This document shows, one piece after another, positions 17,443-26,386 of a stretch of DNA of 64,000 nucleotides. Position numbers and translations under genes: made by a program. Below the pieces are notes generated by a model. It saw nothing but the letters and a program-made list of their open reading frames with translations, did no database searches and was not told the DNA's origin. Position 1 is the first letter of the stretch. Every line of letters begins with the position of its first letter. Source of the DNA: Lentisphaerota bacterium (GTDB lineage Bacteria > Verrucomicrobiota > Kiritimatiellia > UBA8416 > VGWI01); assembly GCA_016873655.1 (NCBI GenBank), contig VGWI01000003.1, positions 1,737 to 65,736 on the forward strand, written 5' to 3'.

Positions 17443-19524
17443 GTGGCTCGAACCGTTCAGCTCTCGAAGATCAGAAACATTGGCATCATGGCGCACATAG
17501 ATGCCGGCAAGACGACCGTGAGCGAGCGGATCCTGTTCTACACGGGCAAGACGCACAAGCTCGGAGAAGTGCATGACGGCGCGGCCGTGATGGACTGGAT
17601 GGACCAGGAGCGCGAGCGCGGCATCACCATAACCTCCGCGGCGACCACAACGACGTGGCGCGAGCACAGGATCACCCTGATAGACACCCCGGGACACGTG
17701 GACTTCACGGCGGAAGTGGAACGCAGCCTGCGCGTCCTCGACGGGGCCGTCGCGCTGTTCTGCGCCGTCGGCGGCGTACAGCCGCAGACCGAGCAGGTCT
17801 GGCGGCAGAGCGAAAAGTACAACGTGCCGAAGATCGCGTTCATCAACAAGATGGACCGCGTGGGCGCCAGGTTCTTCGATGTGGTGGCGGACATCCAGTC
17901 CACCCTCGGCGGCAACGCGGTGCCGATGGTTATCCCGATCGGCGCGGAAGACAAGTTCCGCGGCATCATAGACCTCGTCGAAATGAAGGCTGTCTGCTAC
18001 GACGAGAATGACGGCGCCACGTTCACGCTGGAGGACATACCGGCCGACATGGCGGAGGATGCAAAGAAGTGGCGCGCCATCCTCGTCGAAAAGTGCGCCG
18101 AGCAGGACGATGAACTCCTGCAGAAGTTCCTCGAGGAAGGCGACGTGTCCCGCGAGGAAATCCTCACCATCATCCGCAAAGCCACGATCGAGCGCCGCGT
18201 GGTGCCGGTCTATTGCGGTTCCGCCTTCAAGAACAAGGGCATCCAGCGCCTCCTCGACGGCATCGTCAACTACCTGCCGTCGCCTGAGGACATTCCGCCG
18301 ATCATTCATGCCAAGGAAGAGGACGCCGCCCGCTGCCATTCGGACGATGATGCGTTCGCCGCCCTGGCGTTCAAGATCGTCTCGGACAAGCACATGGGCA
18401 AGCTGACGTTCATCCGCGTCTATTCCGGCACCATCACGTCCGGCGCGGTCATCTACAACAGCAGCCGCCAGAAGGAACAGCGCATCGGGCGCATCATCCG
18501 CATGCACGCGAACCGCCAGGAGGCCATTGATGAGGCCCTCTGCGGCGACATAGTGGCCGTTGTGGGCCTCACGCAGACCCGCACCGGCGACACGCTCTGC
18601 CTGCGCGATTCGCCAGTCCAGCTCGAGAGCATCGAGTTCCCGGCGCCGGTCATCTCCATCAGCATCAAGCCGGCATCCCGGCAGGACAACGACAAGATGG
18701 GGTCGGCTCTGCATCACCTCGCCGACGAAGATCCCACGTTCGTCGTTTCGTTCGATCCTGAAACAAGCGAGACGATTCTCTCCGGCATGGGCGAACTGCA
18801 CCTGGAAGTGCTGGTCGAACGCATGCGCCGCGAGTACGGGGTCGCCGGCGACGTCGGCCGCCCGGAAGTCGCCTACCGCGAAACAGGAACAAGCCCGTCG
18901 GAAGGCGTTTTCAAGTACGTCAAGCAGACCGGCGGACGCGGCCAGTACGCGCACGTCGTCATGCGCGTGGAACCAATGGGCCCGGGCCGCGGCTTCTCGT
19001 TCGAGAACGAGGTCAAGGGCGGAAACATTCCCACTGAGTACATCCCGGCAGTCGAAAAGGGCGTCATTTCCGCAATGCATAAGGGACCGTTCGCGGGCTA
19101 CCCGGTTGTGGATATGCGCGTCGTGCTTCTCGACGGTTCGTACCACGAGGTGGACTCGAACGAGCACGCGTTCACGGAGGCCTCCCGCCTCTGCTTCCGC
19201 AAGCTGTTCATGGACTCCAAGCCGGAACTCCTTGAACCGGTCATGTCCGTCGAAGTGACGGTGCCGGAAGAGTTCATGGGCGCCGCGTCGGGCTCAATCT
19301 GCCAGCGGCGCGGTCGCATCGACTCGATGGACGATCAGGCGGGTTCAAAGATCATCCGCAGCATGGTGCCGTTGAGCGAGATGTTCGGCTATTCGAGCAC
19401 GATCAGGACACTCTCGCAGGGCCGCGGCAACTTCACGATGCACTTCGAGCACTACGAGGCGGTCCCGTTCTCGCTGGCCGAGGAAATCATCAAGAAACGC
19501 CGCGAACAGAACAAAATCCGCTGA
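17443..19524 (+). CDS. fusA: Translation elongation factor G
   Basis: 693 aa with GTPase motifs [21 protein letters not shown] and EF-G domains II-V. GTG start with GGAGGG 7 nt upstream. Not embedded in an rpsL-rpsG-tuf operon. Confidence 0.9.
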   Translation: MARTVQLSKIRNIGIMAHIDAGKTTVSERILFYTGKTHKLGEVHDGAAVMDWMDQERERGITITSAATTTTWREHRITLIDTPGHVDFTAEVERSLRVLDGAVALFCAVGGVQPQTEQVWRQSEKYNVPKIAFINKMDRVGARFFDVVADIQSTLGGNAVPMVIPIGAEDKFRGIIDLVEMKAVCYDENDGATFTLEDIPADMAEDAKKWRAILVEKCAEQDDELLQKFLEEGDVSREEILTIIRKATIERRVVPVYCGSAFKNKGIQRLLDGIVNYLPSPEDIPPIIHAKEEDAARCHSDDDAFAALAFKIVSDKHMGKLTFIRVYSGTITSGAVIYNSSRQKEQRIGRIIRMHANRQEAIDEALCGDIVAVVGLTQTRTGDTLCLRDSPVQLESIEFPAPVISISIKPASRQDNDKMGSALHHLADEDPTFVVSFDPETSETILSGMGELHLEVLVERMRREYGVAGDVGRPEVAYRETGTSPSEGVFKYVKQTGGRGQYAHVVMRVEPMGPGRGFSFENEVKGGNIPTEYIPAVEKGVISAMHKGPFAGYPVVDMRVVLLDGSYHEVDSNEHAFTEASRLCFRKLFMDSKPELLEPVMSVEVTVPEEFMGAASGSICQRRGRIDSMDDQAGSKIIRSMVPLSEMFGYSSTIRTLSQGRGNFTMHFEHYEAVPFSLAEEIIKKRREQNKIR

Positions 19525-19544
19525 CCGCCGGCGAACCCCGTCTT

Positions 19545-19673
19545 CTGCAGCCGTCGCACGAAGGGCGACGTGTCCCCCTGTACCCGTTCGCACGCAGGGC
19601 GACGTGTCCCCCTGTAGCCGTCGCACGAAGGGCGACGTGTCTCCCTGTAGCCGTCGCACGAAGGGCGACGTGA
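19545..19673 (+). repeat. Tandem array of four 33-34-bp REP-like units (CTGTAGCCGTCGCACGAAGGGCGACGTGTCCCC), each carrying a 6-bp-stem hairpin CGTCGC-ACGAAGG-GCGACG
   Basis: Units at 19545-19577, 19578-19611, 19612-19644 and 19645-19673 abut directly with no spacers, about 20 nt after the fusA stop. Degenerate relatives lie at 19728-19764 and 12084-12159. Confidence 0.7.
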
Positions 19674-19880
19674 CAACCGGACACCGAGGGCTACCCCGAC
19701 CTATTCACGAAGCCGCCTCGTGGATAGGTCGCCCTGCGGGCTTCGACTCCGGCCCTGCGGGCCTGCGCTCAGGGTAGCCCTGAGCAAGGTGCGCAGCACC
19801 GCGTCGATGCCTGCTGCGGCGCACGTTGCGCCGCTGCAGGCGGTTGTGAATGAACGTGCAGCGTTCATGAATAATCCGGG

Positions 19881-20780
19881 CTACAGCAATTCCCGCTGCC
19901 CGCCTGCAAGCTCTATCGCCCGCAGTTCCGGATATTTCCGGACCAGCGCGGACGGAACCGGCACCTGCCGCCCGGTGATTCCGGCCTTCAACTGGAGTAT
20001 GTTGACCGCTTCCTTGCCCTGGTAGTGATTGTTCGCCACCATCGTGAGCGACGCCGTCATCCCGGCAATCCGCAGCGCGCGCGCGGCAATCCCCTCCAGC
20101 TCCTTCGGGGTGTAGAGGTAGTTGTACGTCTCGTCCCTGCCCGCGTCTTTGCTGTACCAAGCTTTCACGTTCCGGCCATGCAGCCGGAAGTAACCGTGCG
20201 CCCCCACCTGCCGCCCTTCGCCGCGCCCGGCGCTGCCGGGATAGTCCAGGTTGACGACGTTCAGCCCCTGCGACTCCAGCCAGTCAAGCGCGGATGCCTC
20301 GAACCAGGAAGCGTTTCTCAATTCCACCGCGAGCGCGGCGGCCTGGCTCCTGAACGCGTCCGCCATCCGCGCAAGGTGATCCCGTGTTCCGGCAGAATCC
20401 GCGAAGTCATACTTGAACTGCGCCAGCAGGTGCCGCAGCCTTCCTGCCTCGCGCAGAGGGGCAAACCCCTCGCGGAACGCATCAACCATCGCGCGGTCAA
20501 GCATGCCGCCGTGCGTGATGTCACGGTGCAGTTTGGCGGTGAAGAAGAACCTGGGCAGCCCGGCGGTCTTCCGCACCCAGGCGGCGGCGGCCTTCGCGGA
20601 CGGCGGACGGTAGAAGGAGCTGTTGACCTCAATCATGTCGAGGTACGGGGCAATGTACCCGAGCTGGTCGCGAGTGCCCGGCGGATAGACGTACCCGTTC
20701 CAGTCCGGGTAAGACCACCCGGCCACGCCGAAGGCGATCTTCCCGGCCGCGGACCTGTCCGCAGAAACCGCAGCCTCCAT
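19881..20780 (-). CDS. DUF72 (UPF0759) family protein
   Basis: AFGVAGWSYPDW...YDMIEVNSSFYR signature of DUF72. ATG 20780 has a GGAGG SD; the listed ORF extends 10 codons further upstream to a GTG. Confidence 0.8.
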   Translation of the reverse strand: MEAAVSADRSAAGKIAFGVAGWSYPDWNGYVYPPGTRDQLGYIAPYLDMIEVNSSFYRPPSAKAAAAWVRKTAGLPRFFFTAKLHRDITHGGMLDRAMVDAFREGFAPLREAGRLRHLLAQFKYDFADSAGTRDHLARMADAFRSQAAALAVELRNASWFEASALDWLESQGLNVVNLDYPGSAGRGEGRQVGAHGYFRLHGRNVKAWYSKDAGRDETYNYLYTPKELEGIAARALRIAGMTASLTMVANNHYQGKEAVNILQLKAGITGRQVPVPSALVRKYPELRAIELAGGQRELL

Positions 20781-20810
20781 CGCGCCCCTCCGCCCGGCCG
20801 GCAGCAACAC

Positions 20811-21695
20811 TCAGATGCCGATCATCGCAGCGCCGAGAACGCCCGCCGAATCGCCGATCTGGTGCTTGACTATGGGCGTCTCAAGACTGTCGTTGAACAC
20901 GAACCGGGCCACCTGCTTCACGCCGTGGGTGTATATGCCGTCGGTCTTGGACATCCCGCCGCCGAGAACAACAATGTCAGGATCAAGAACGTTTATCAGG
21001 TTCGCCACTGCGCGGCCGAACCACTCGTAGAAGTACTCCATGTGCGCGACGGCGCGCGGATCTCCGGCCTTCGCCTCTTCCTCTATCTGGCGCGCCTTCT
21101 TCTTCTCGCCGTACTTCTCGGCATAGCGTTTCTCCAACCCGCCGCCGCTGATGTAACACTCCACGCACCCGTTCTTCCCGCAGTAGCACTTCGGGCCGTT
21201 GGGATCTATGGACATGTGCCCCCATTCCCCGCCGATCGCCTGCGCGCCGGTCCACACCTTGCCTTTGTAAACCAGCCCGCCGCCGCAGCCGGTCCCCATG
21301 ATCACCCCGAACACCATGTCCTTGCCCCGCCCCGCGCCCATCATCGCCTCTGCCTCCGCAAAGCAGTTCGCGTCGTTCTGAATCGCTATCTCGCGTCCGA
21401 GCAGCTTCTCGAGATCGCGCTTGAGCGGCCTGCCGTTCATGCAGACGGTGTTCGAGTTCTTCAGCAGCCCTGTCCGAGGCGATATCGCGCCGGGGGTTCC
21501 GATCCCGAACGTGTGCGGCGCCCCGCCTACGCTCGCCGCCATGTCGTCATGCACGGCCTTCAGGTTGCCGAGTATCCCCTCGTAGCCCTTCTCCGCCTCA
21601 GTCGGCGTGCGCTTTCGGTAGACTTCATTCCCGTCCTCGTCGAGGACGATCCCTTCTATCTTCGTGCCGCCAAGATCAATTCCCAGTCGCAGCAT
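20811..21695 (-). CDS. ROK-family sugar kinase (fructokinase/glucokinase-like)
   Basis: MLRLGIDLGGTK ATP motif, ROK signature and the zinc site CYCGKNGCVE. Start at the internal ATG 21695. Confidence 0.8.
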   Translation of the reverse strand: MLRLGIDLGGTKIEGIVLDEDGNEVYRKRTPTEAEKGYEGILGNLKAVHDDMAASVGGAPHTFGIGTPGAISPRTGLLKNSNTVCMNGRPLKRDLEKLLGREIAIQNDANCFAEAEAMMGAGRGKDMVFGVIMGTGCGGGLVYKGKVWTGAQAIGGEWGHMSIDPNGPKCYCGKNGCVECYISGGGLEKRYAEKYGEKKKARQIEEEAKAGDPRAVAHMEYFYEWFGRAVANLINVLDPDIVVLGGGMSKTDGIYTHGVKQVARFVFNDSLETPIVKHQIGDSAGVLGAAMIGI

Positions 21696-21902
21696 ACCGC
21701 CTCCAATCGCACGATGAACACCCGCGGCCCGCGGAACCCGTCGCGGGTTGGATTGGATAGCATTTCGCACGTGCGCCGCGCAACGCGGAATTGCCCGCCG
21801 ATTGCCCCGTCGTCCGTGTCACAACCGGAATCCTTCCGATCGCGCGGGCTCTGCCCTGACAGGCCGGGAGCTGAAACCAGAGTCCCGCCGCATCCCATGT
21901 TC

Positions 21903-21931
21903 TTGAGTTGGATGGTGTACGCGGCTACAGT
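21903..21931 (+). promoter_or_regulatory. Candidate promoter of the tRNA-Ser gene (TTGAGT-17-TACAGT)
   Basis: -35 at 21903-21908 and -10 at 21926-21931, about 27 nt upstream of the mature tRNA 5' end. Confidence 0.35.
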
Positions 21932-21957
21932 CTCCCCGAACCACTGCTCCCACCCCC

Positions 21958-22045
21958 GGAGGGATGGCTGAGTGGACTATAGCACCGGTCTTGAAAACCG
22001 GCGCGCCGCAAGGCGCCGTGGGTTCGAATCCCACTCCCTCCGCCA
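21958..22045 (+). tRNA. tRNA-Ser (anticodon TGA), class II with long variable arm, CCA encoded
   Basis: GGAGGGATGGCTGAGTGGAC...CCGGT-CTTGAAA-ACCGG...GTGGGTTCGAATCCCACTCCCTCCGCCA. 7-bp acceptor stem GGAGGGA/TCCCTCC, anticodon loop CTTGAAA, T-loop GGTTCGAATCC, 88 nt. Confidence 0.85.
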
Positions 22046-22161
22046 ACCCGAGAACTCGCCAAATGCGATTGAGTGGGATGAGAACCCACGGGGACCGTGT
22101 GGTTCGCGCAGAGTCCCGCGCAGGCGCGCCAAGGACTGGGCTGTCACGCAGCCCGCTCCTG

Positions 22162-23076
22162 TCAGGACAGGTACTCCAGCACAGACGGGGCGACATCTTC
22201 GATGCGGCGGGCGGCAGGCGGCGCAACTGGCTCCGGAGTAACCGAGAGCGGGACCGGATTCAGCGTGTGGCACGGCGTCGAAAGGTCCTCGATGTTGCCG
22301 TGGTCGCTGGTAAGCAGCAACGTCACTCCGCAGTTCCGGCACGCCGGCAGAAGCGCGGCCAGGAACCTGTCCAGAATCCGCACGGTCTTCACCGCAAACT
22401 GCATGTCCATCGAATGGCCGGCGCGGTCGGTCATGAAATGCTCGAACAGGGAGAAGCCATGGCGCGCGGCAATGGCGGCAAGGTGCTCCGCCCCTTCCTC
22501 GGGGGAAATGACCGGACCGGCGTAGCCGCGCGCCCCCAGTGTCTCGCGCGTTATGTCGTGGCAAACGGCTTCGTTTCTTTCCAGCGAGTCCCGGCAACGA
22601 ACGACGCCCACCCCGCTCAAGGCGGCAACGGTTGTTACCGATTGCCTGCGCGCCTGCCGCACGGCATCAACGTCAGCCGCGAAGTAGGCGTTCGCAAACG
22701 TGCAAACCACTCCGCGCGCAGCGAGAACGCCGAAGATGTTCCTGTCAGAAACCAGCTCCCTCAGCGCCTGGTTTGGGAATCCCTCAAGATGCCGTCCGAT
22801 CAGCTTCGCCGCGTTGACCCCGGTAAGCAGCGTGGCCTGCCCGGTCGCGCTCTGCGGAATGCCCGGCACGCCGAGCGTCGCATCAAGCGGAACGGCGCGT
22901 CTCAACAGCGAATGCAGGACCGGCGTCGTGTCGGGCGTTATGGGGTTTGTTGCAGGATCGTCACGGCCAAGCCCCAGCCCATCAACGAATACCATGAGCA
23001 GCTTGCGCCGGCTCTCACGACTGTCAGGCACTTTCTGCACATGGAGATGATATCCCGCCGCCTTGCCGCATGGCAA
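22162..23076 (-). CDS. Alkaline-phosphatase-superfamily metalloenzyme (PF01676-like; phosphopentomutase/iPGM-related)
   Basis: LLMVFVDGLGLG metal-binding N-motif and a C-terminal TSDHGN motif. Start is uncertain (TTG 23076 with a GGTGAGG SD, or ATG 22995). Confidence 0.6.
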   Translation of the reverse strand: MPCGKAAGYHLHVQKVPDSRESRRKLLMVFVDGLGLGRDDPATNPITPDTTPVLHSLLRRAVPLDATLGVPGIPQSATGQATLLTGVNAAKLIGRHLEGFPNQALRELVSDRNIFGVLAARGVVCTFANAYFAADVDAVRQARRQSVTTVAALSGVGVVRCRDSLERNEAVCHDITRETLGARGYAGPVISPEEGAEHLAAIAARHGFSLFEHFMTDRAGHSMDMQFAVKTVRILDRFLAALLPACRNCGVTLLLTSDHGNIEDLSTPCHTLNPVPLSVTPEPVAPPAARRIEDVAPSVLEYLS

Positions 23077-23368
23077 CGCCCACGGACCTCACCAGCGCAG
23101 AGTCGTGGACCATGTGCGGGCCTGCGGGCGACCGTCCATGCCGCCAACCGCATCGTTGAGGCCGTCACAGATGATGAAGAGGATGTTGGGACGCGGCGCA
23201 CTCGCCGGCTGAACTTGATCCTTCATTTCGACCGGGAACATATGGCCTTCCGTGCCGCAAATGCAGGCGCCTGGGCGTCCGCATAGTTCTTGACCGGCAC
23301 GGCAAAAAAGGTGATGTTCCAAGCGTTCTTTGCCGGCGCACGTGCGCCGTGACGGGAGGAGGAAGTCC

Positions 23369-23929
23369 ATGAAGATTCTCGCGGTTTCCGCTGTCGCCGC
23401 TCTTGTCGCCGTTTCGGCCGTGGCGGGGCCGGTCCAGCAGGGCCTCTACGAAGTGCATGTCGGGGCGAACTGGGACGTCGCGTACGACGGCTATGACAAA
23501 TTCCCGCCGATCCAGGCCGGACTCGGATACTACTTCTCTGACAACCTGCAGGCGGGCGGGTTCATCACCTTTTCCAAAAAGAACGCGGACAGCTTCTGGG
23601 GCGTGGACGATGTCTGGGGGCTCGGAATATTCGGCGAGTACTGCTTTGTCGGCGATGACGCGCTTGTCCCCTACGTCTCCGCAACGCTGCAGATGCTGGA
23701 CGGCTCGGCGCAGGACGACGACACCGTGTTTGTCTTCTCGGCCGCGGCGGGCGCCAAGTTCTTCTTCCTGCCCACCGTCGCCCTGTTCGGACAGGTCAAC
23801 TTCAACGCGGCCACTGACGAAGTGTTCGATTTCGACCGCAACTGGCTGATCAAGTCCGACAGCGTCACCGGCTCCGGCGAAACAACCGATGTCTCCGTCT
23901 CTGCCGGCGTAAGGGTGGTTCTCTGGTAA
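23369..23929 (+). CDS. Small outer-membrane beta-barrel protein (OmpA-like barrel/OmpW-type)
   Basis: Signal peptide MKILAVSAVAALVAVSAVA after a GGGAGGAGG SD, alternating amphipathic beta strands, and C-terminal ...GVRVVLW (aromatic terminus typical of OMPs). Confidence 0.65.
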   Translation: MKILAVSAVAALVAVSAVAGPVQQGLYEVHVGANWDVAYDGYDKFPPIQAGLGYYFSDNLQAGGFITFSKKNADSFWGVDDVWGLGIFGEYCFVGDDALVPYVSATLQMLDGSAQDDDTVFVFSAAAGAKFFFLPTVALFGQVNFNAATDEVFDFDRNWLIKSDSVTGSGETTDVSVSAGVRVVLW

Positions 23930-23950
23930 CAGCCACCCGCTAAAGCCGTA

Positions 23951-23986
23951 ACAATGCGAAGGCCAGCGGGCTTGTACCCGCTGGCC
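23951..23986 (+). terminator. Rho-independent terminator (AAGGCCAGCGGGC-TTGTAC-CCGCTGGCCTT followed by TCTTCT)
   Basis: 13-bp GC-rich stem and T-rich tail, 22 nt after the OMP gene stop. Confidence 0.5.
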
Positions 23987-24258
23987 TTTCTTCTATCTGC
24001 ATGCGGCATCCTCCCTTTCACGGCAGGGGGGCGTTTGCTGGAGCCGCATCGTCACACCGCAAGCGCCGGCCCCCGCAAGGGCTGCCGGCGCGCCTGCCTT
24101 GCAACCGGCCGGGCTGCCGCCTTGAGGAAGGGCGAACTGAAGCGCGGGAAGTGAGCCGCCGTCATACCCGCGATGCACGGGCGAGGCATGGGGATGCGTT
24201 TGATCCGGCTCGGCAACCGTGGCCTGTGGAAACAGGCCACGGCGTGCTGCGAATGGTT

Positions 24259-25575
24259 CTACTTGTCCGCCGCGACAGGGACAGCCGCGCCGGGGCCGGA
24301 AGCCGGCTCCTCGGCAGGAATGGTCTTGTCGGTCGCGCCGCTGATGTACACTTCAACCCTGCGGTTCATAGGGTTGCCGCGAATCGGGTCGTTCTTCTCT
24401 TTCGGACGGCTAAACCCGTAACCCAGTGCATTCAGGCGCTCTGAAGCGATCCCGCGCGTGCCGGTGAGGTAGTCGGCAACAGAGCCGGCTCTCCGCCTGG
24501 AAAGGCGCGTGTTGTAGACTTCGCCGGACTTGCGCGTACGGTCGGCATGCCCCTCTATCCTGGCCCTGGCGTCCGGATTGCGCTGAAGCACCTTGGCCAC
24601 CACATCCAGCTTGGGATAGGACTGGACCGGGATCACGGCACTGTCGTACTCGAACGGAATGTAGAGCTCGATCAGCATCAGGTCGTCGGCCGGATTGCGC
24701 GGGTCGGTTTCGTCCTCAATCACTTCGTGCCCGTCTGCCACGCCGCCGCTGTCGGTATCCCTGATCTTCGGATCGGTATTGTGCTTCAGCACCTCGTCGC
24801 CGTCGCTGAGCCCGTCCCAATCGGTATCGGCGTTCAGCGGATTCGTCGTGTAGCGGTTCACCTCGTCGCCGTCGGTCAGCCCGTCGCGGTCAGTATCGGG
24901 ATCGAACGGGTCCGTCCCTATCTCGACTTCCCTTACGTCCGTCAGACCGTCGCCGTCGCTGTCGTTCGGGCTGCCGACAGCCACGAATTTCGGGGGTACG
25001 CGGGCGCCCCAGTTCCACACCAGGCCCGCCGAAAACATCGCGTTCGCGTTCGGGCTGTCGCCGAATCCGGCCAGAATTCCGCGGTAATCGGCCCTGACCG
25101 CCCACTCGTCGTTGAAGTGGTACATCACCCCGCCGCCGCCGCGCAGCAACAAGTTGTCGCTGCTGCCGTTCGCCGGCTCTTCACCGTAGTGCATGACGCC
25201 TATCCCGGCAGCCAGGTACGGATCGAGCCTCTCCCAGCGCGTGAAATGGAACAGGCCGTCAAGGGCAAGGGCGAGGATCTGCGTGTCGTTCCAGTCCGGG
25301 GCGGGCCGTCCGGACACCCTGTTGGAGTCGATCAGCGGGGCAAGCGAGGCCTCGGCCTCGAAAGTCCACCTGTCGTTGAAGTCGTAGCCCAGGCGGGCCG
25401 ACAGGAAAAGACCATCGGAGTATTCCTGGTCGCCCTCGAAATCAACCACGCCCAGCGCGGGCGAGAAGTACCAGGGCGCCTCATTCCCGAGTTCGATCGT
25501 AGCAGCCGCGGCGTTCAGCGAAAGCGCCGCCGCCATCCAGGCAACAGAGAGAATCGCGCTGATCTTACGAGTCAT
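24259..25575 (-). CDS. OmpA-family outer-membrane protein with thrombospondin type-3 (TSP3) calcium-binding repeats
   Basis: Signal peptide MTRKISAILSVAWMAAALSLNAAAA (ATG 25575, GGGAGGAG SD), an N-terminal beta-barrel, 4-5 DxDxDGxxDxxE repeats (DSDGDGLTD, DTDRDGLTDGDE, DTDWDGLSDGDE, DTDSGGVADGHE) and a C-terminal OmpA domain (NTRLSRRRAGSVADYL). Confidence 0.8.
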   Translation of the reverse strand: MTRKISAILSVAWMAAALSLNAAAATIELGNEAPWYFSPALGVVDFEGDQEYSDGLFLSARLGYDFNDRWTFEAEASLAPLIDSNRVSGRPAPDWNDTQILALALDGLFHFTRWERLDPYLAAGIGVMHYGEEPANGSSDNLLLRGGGGVMYHFNDEWAVRADYRGILAGFGDSPNANAMFSAGLVWNWGARVPPKFVAVGSPNDSDGDGLTDVREVEIGTDPFDPDTDRDGLTDGDEVNRYTTNPLNADTDWDGLSDGDEVLKHNTDPKIRDTDSGGVADGHEVIEDETDPRNPADDLMLIELYIPFEYDSAVIPVQSYPKLDVVAKVLQRNPDARARIEGHADRTRKSGEVYNTRLSRRRAGSVADYLTGTRGIASERLNALGYGFSRPKEKNDPIRGNPMNRRVEVYISGATDKTIPAEEPASGPGAAVPVAADK

Positions 25576-25727
25576 TGGGCATCTCCTCCCGCAGGAAAAG
25601 GCCGGCCAAACGCCGGAGAAAACCTCAGACACACCCCGGCAAGGCACCGGCTTCAACGCGGCGAATTTACCAGAACCCGACATGAAGGCAACATGCAAAA
25701 CGCCCGCTCCGAGCCCGCAAGCGCTTG

Positions 25728-25756
25728 TTGACACGGACAGGGCGGACGACTAACCT
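25728..25756 (+). promoter_or_regulatory. Candidate sigma-70 promoter for efp (TTGACA-17-TAACCT)
   Basis: -35 at 25728-25733 and -10 at 25751-25756, about 40 nt upstream of the efp ATG. Confidence 0.3.
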
Positions 25757-25798
25757 TGCGCGGCTTTTTGCCGGAAACGGTGTCCAGGAAAGGATCGC

Positions 25799-26359
25799 AT
25801 GTACAACGCATCGGACTTGAGGAAGGGGCTGAAAGTAGAGATTGACGGCGTTCCGTACGCCATCACCGAGTTCACTTTCGTGAAGCCCGGCAAGGGCCAG
25901 GCCCTCTACACCTGTCGCCTGAAGAACATGATCAACGGCTCTACCTTCATGAAGACCTACAGGGCCGCCGACAGGATCGACCAGCCAGTCCTCGAGGAAA
26001 AGACCCTGCAGTACTCGTACAACGACGGGCACGGCTACGTGTTCCTCGACCAGGACTTCGAGCAAGTGACGATCACGTCCGACGTGATGGGCGACTCCCG
26101 CCACTTCCTCGTGGAAGACGCCACCGTGAGAGTCCTCTTCCACAACGGGAACCCGATCGAAATCACGATGCCGACGTTCATCGAGAAGGAAGTCGTTCAC
26201 ACGGAACCCGGCGCGCGCGGCGACACCGCGACCAACGTCATGAAACCTGCCAGGGTGGCAGGCGGTTACGAGCTGCCGGTGCCGCTTTTCGTCAACCAGG
26301 GCGACATCATCAGGATCGACACGCGCACCGGCGGGTATGTTGACCGCGTCAAGCGCTAG
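25799..26359 (+). CDS. efp: Translation elongation factor P
   Basis: 186 aa; MYNASDLRKGLKVEIDGVPYAITEFTFVKPGKGQA is a canonical EF-P N-terminus including the modified Lys (KPGKG). Confidence 0.9.
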   Translation: MYNASDLRKGLKVEIDGVPYAITEFTFVKPGKGQALYTCRLKNMINGSTFMKTYRAADRIDQPVLEEKTLQYSYNDGHGYVFLDQDFEQVTITSDVMGDSRHFLVEDATVRVLFHNGNPIEITMPTFIEKEVVHTEPGARGDTATNVMKPARVAGGYELPVPLFVNQGDIIRIDTRTGGYVDRVKR

Positions 26360-26386
26360 CGCGCCAGCCCTGGCGGCAGCCGCGAA

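Noticed and set aside
17272-19167. Listed 1033-aa minus-strand ORF (16066-19167) as a giant sensor kinase.
   Set aside because: Only the C-terminal about 400 aa has kinase homology. The N-terminal about 630 codons lie antisense to the well-supported fusA gene and are a GC-rich open frame artefact.
19545-19673. Possible CRISPR array (regular 33-bp repeats with an internal palindrome).
   Set aside because: Units abut directly with no unique spacers, no cas genes nearby, and members of the same family occur singly and inverted elsewhere; this is a REP-like tandem repeat.
22046-22161. Remnant tRNA 3' fragment or attachment-site repeat downstream of tRNA-Ser indicating a genomic island.
   Set aside because: Only a weak 11-nt resemblance (GTGGTTCGCGC) to the T-arm; no convincing direct repeat of the tRNA 3' end.
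24000-24258. Hairpin GTGGCCTGTGGAAACAGGCCAC as terminator of the OmpA-TSP3 gene.
   Set aside because: No U-rich tract on the relevant (minus) strand after the stem; cannot be called an intrinsic terminator from sequence alone.
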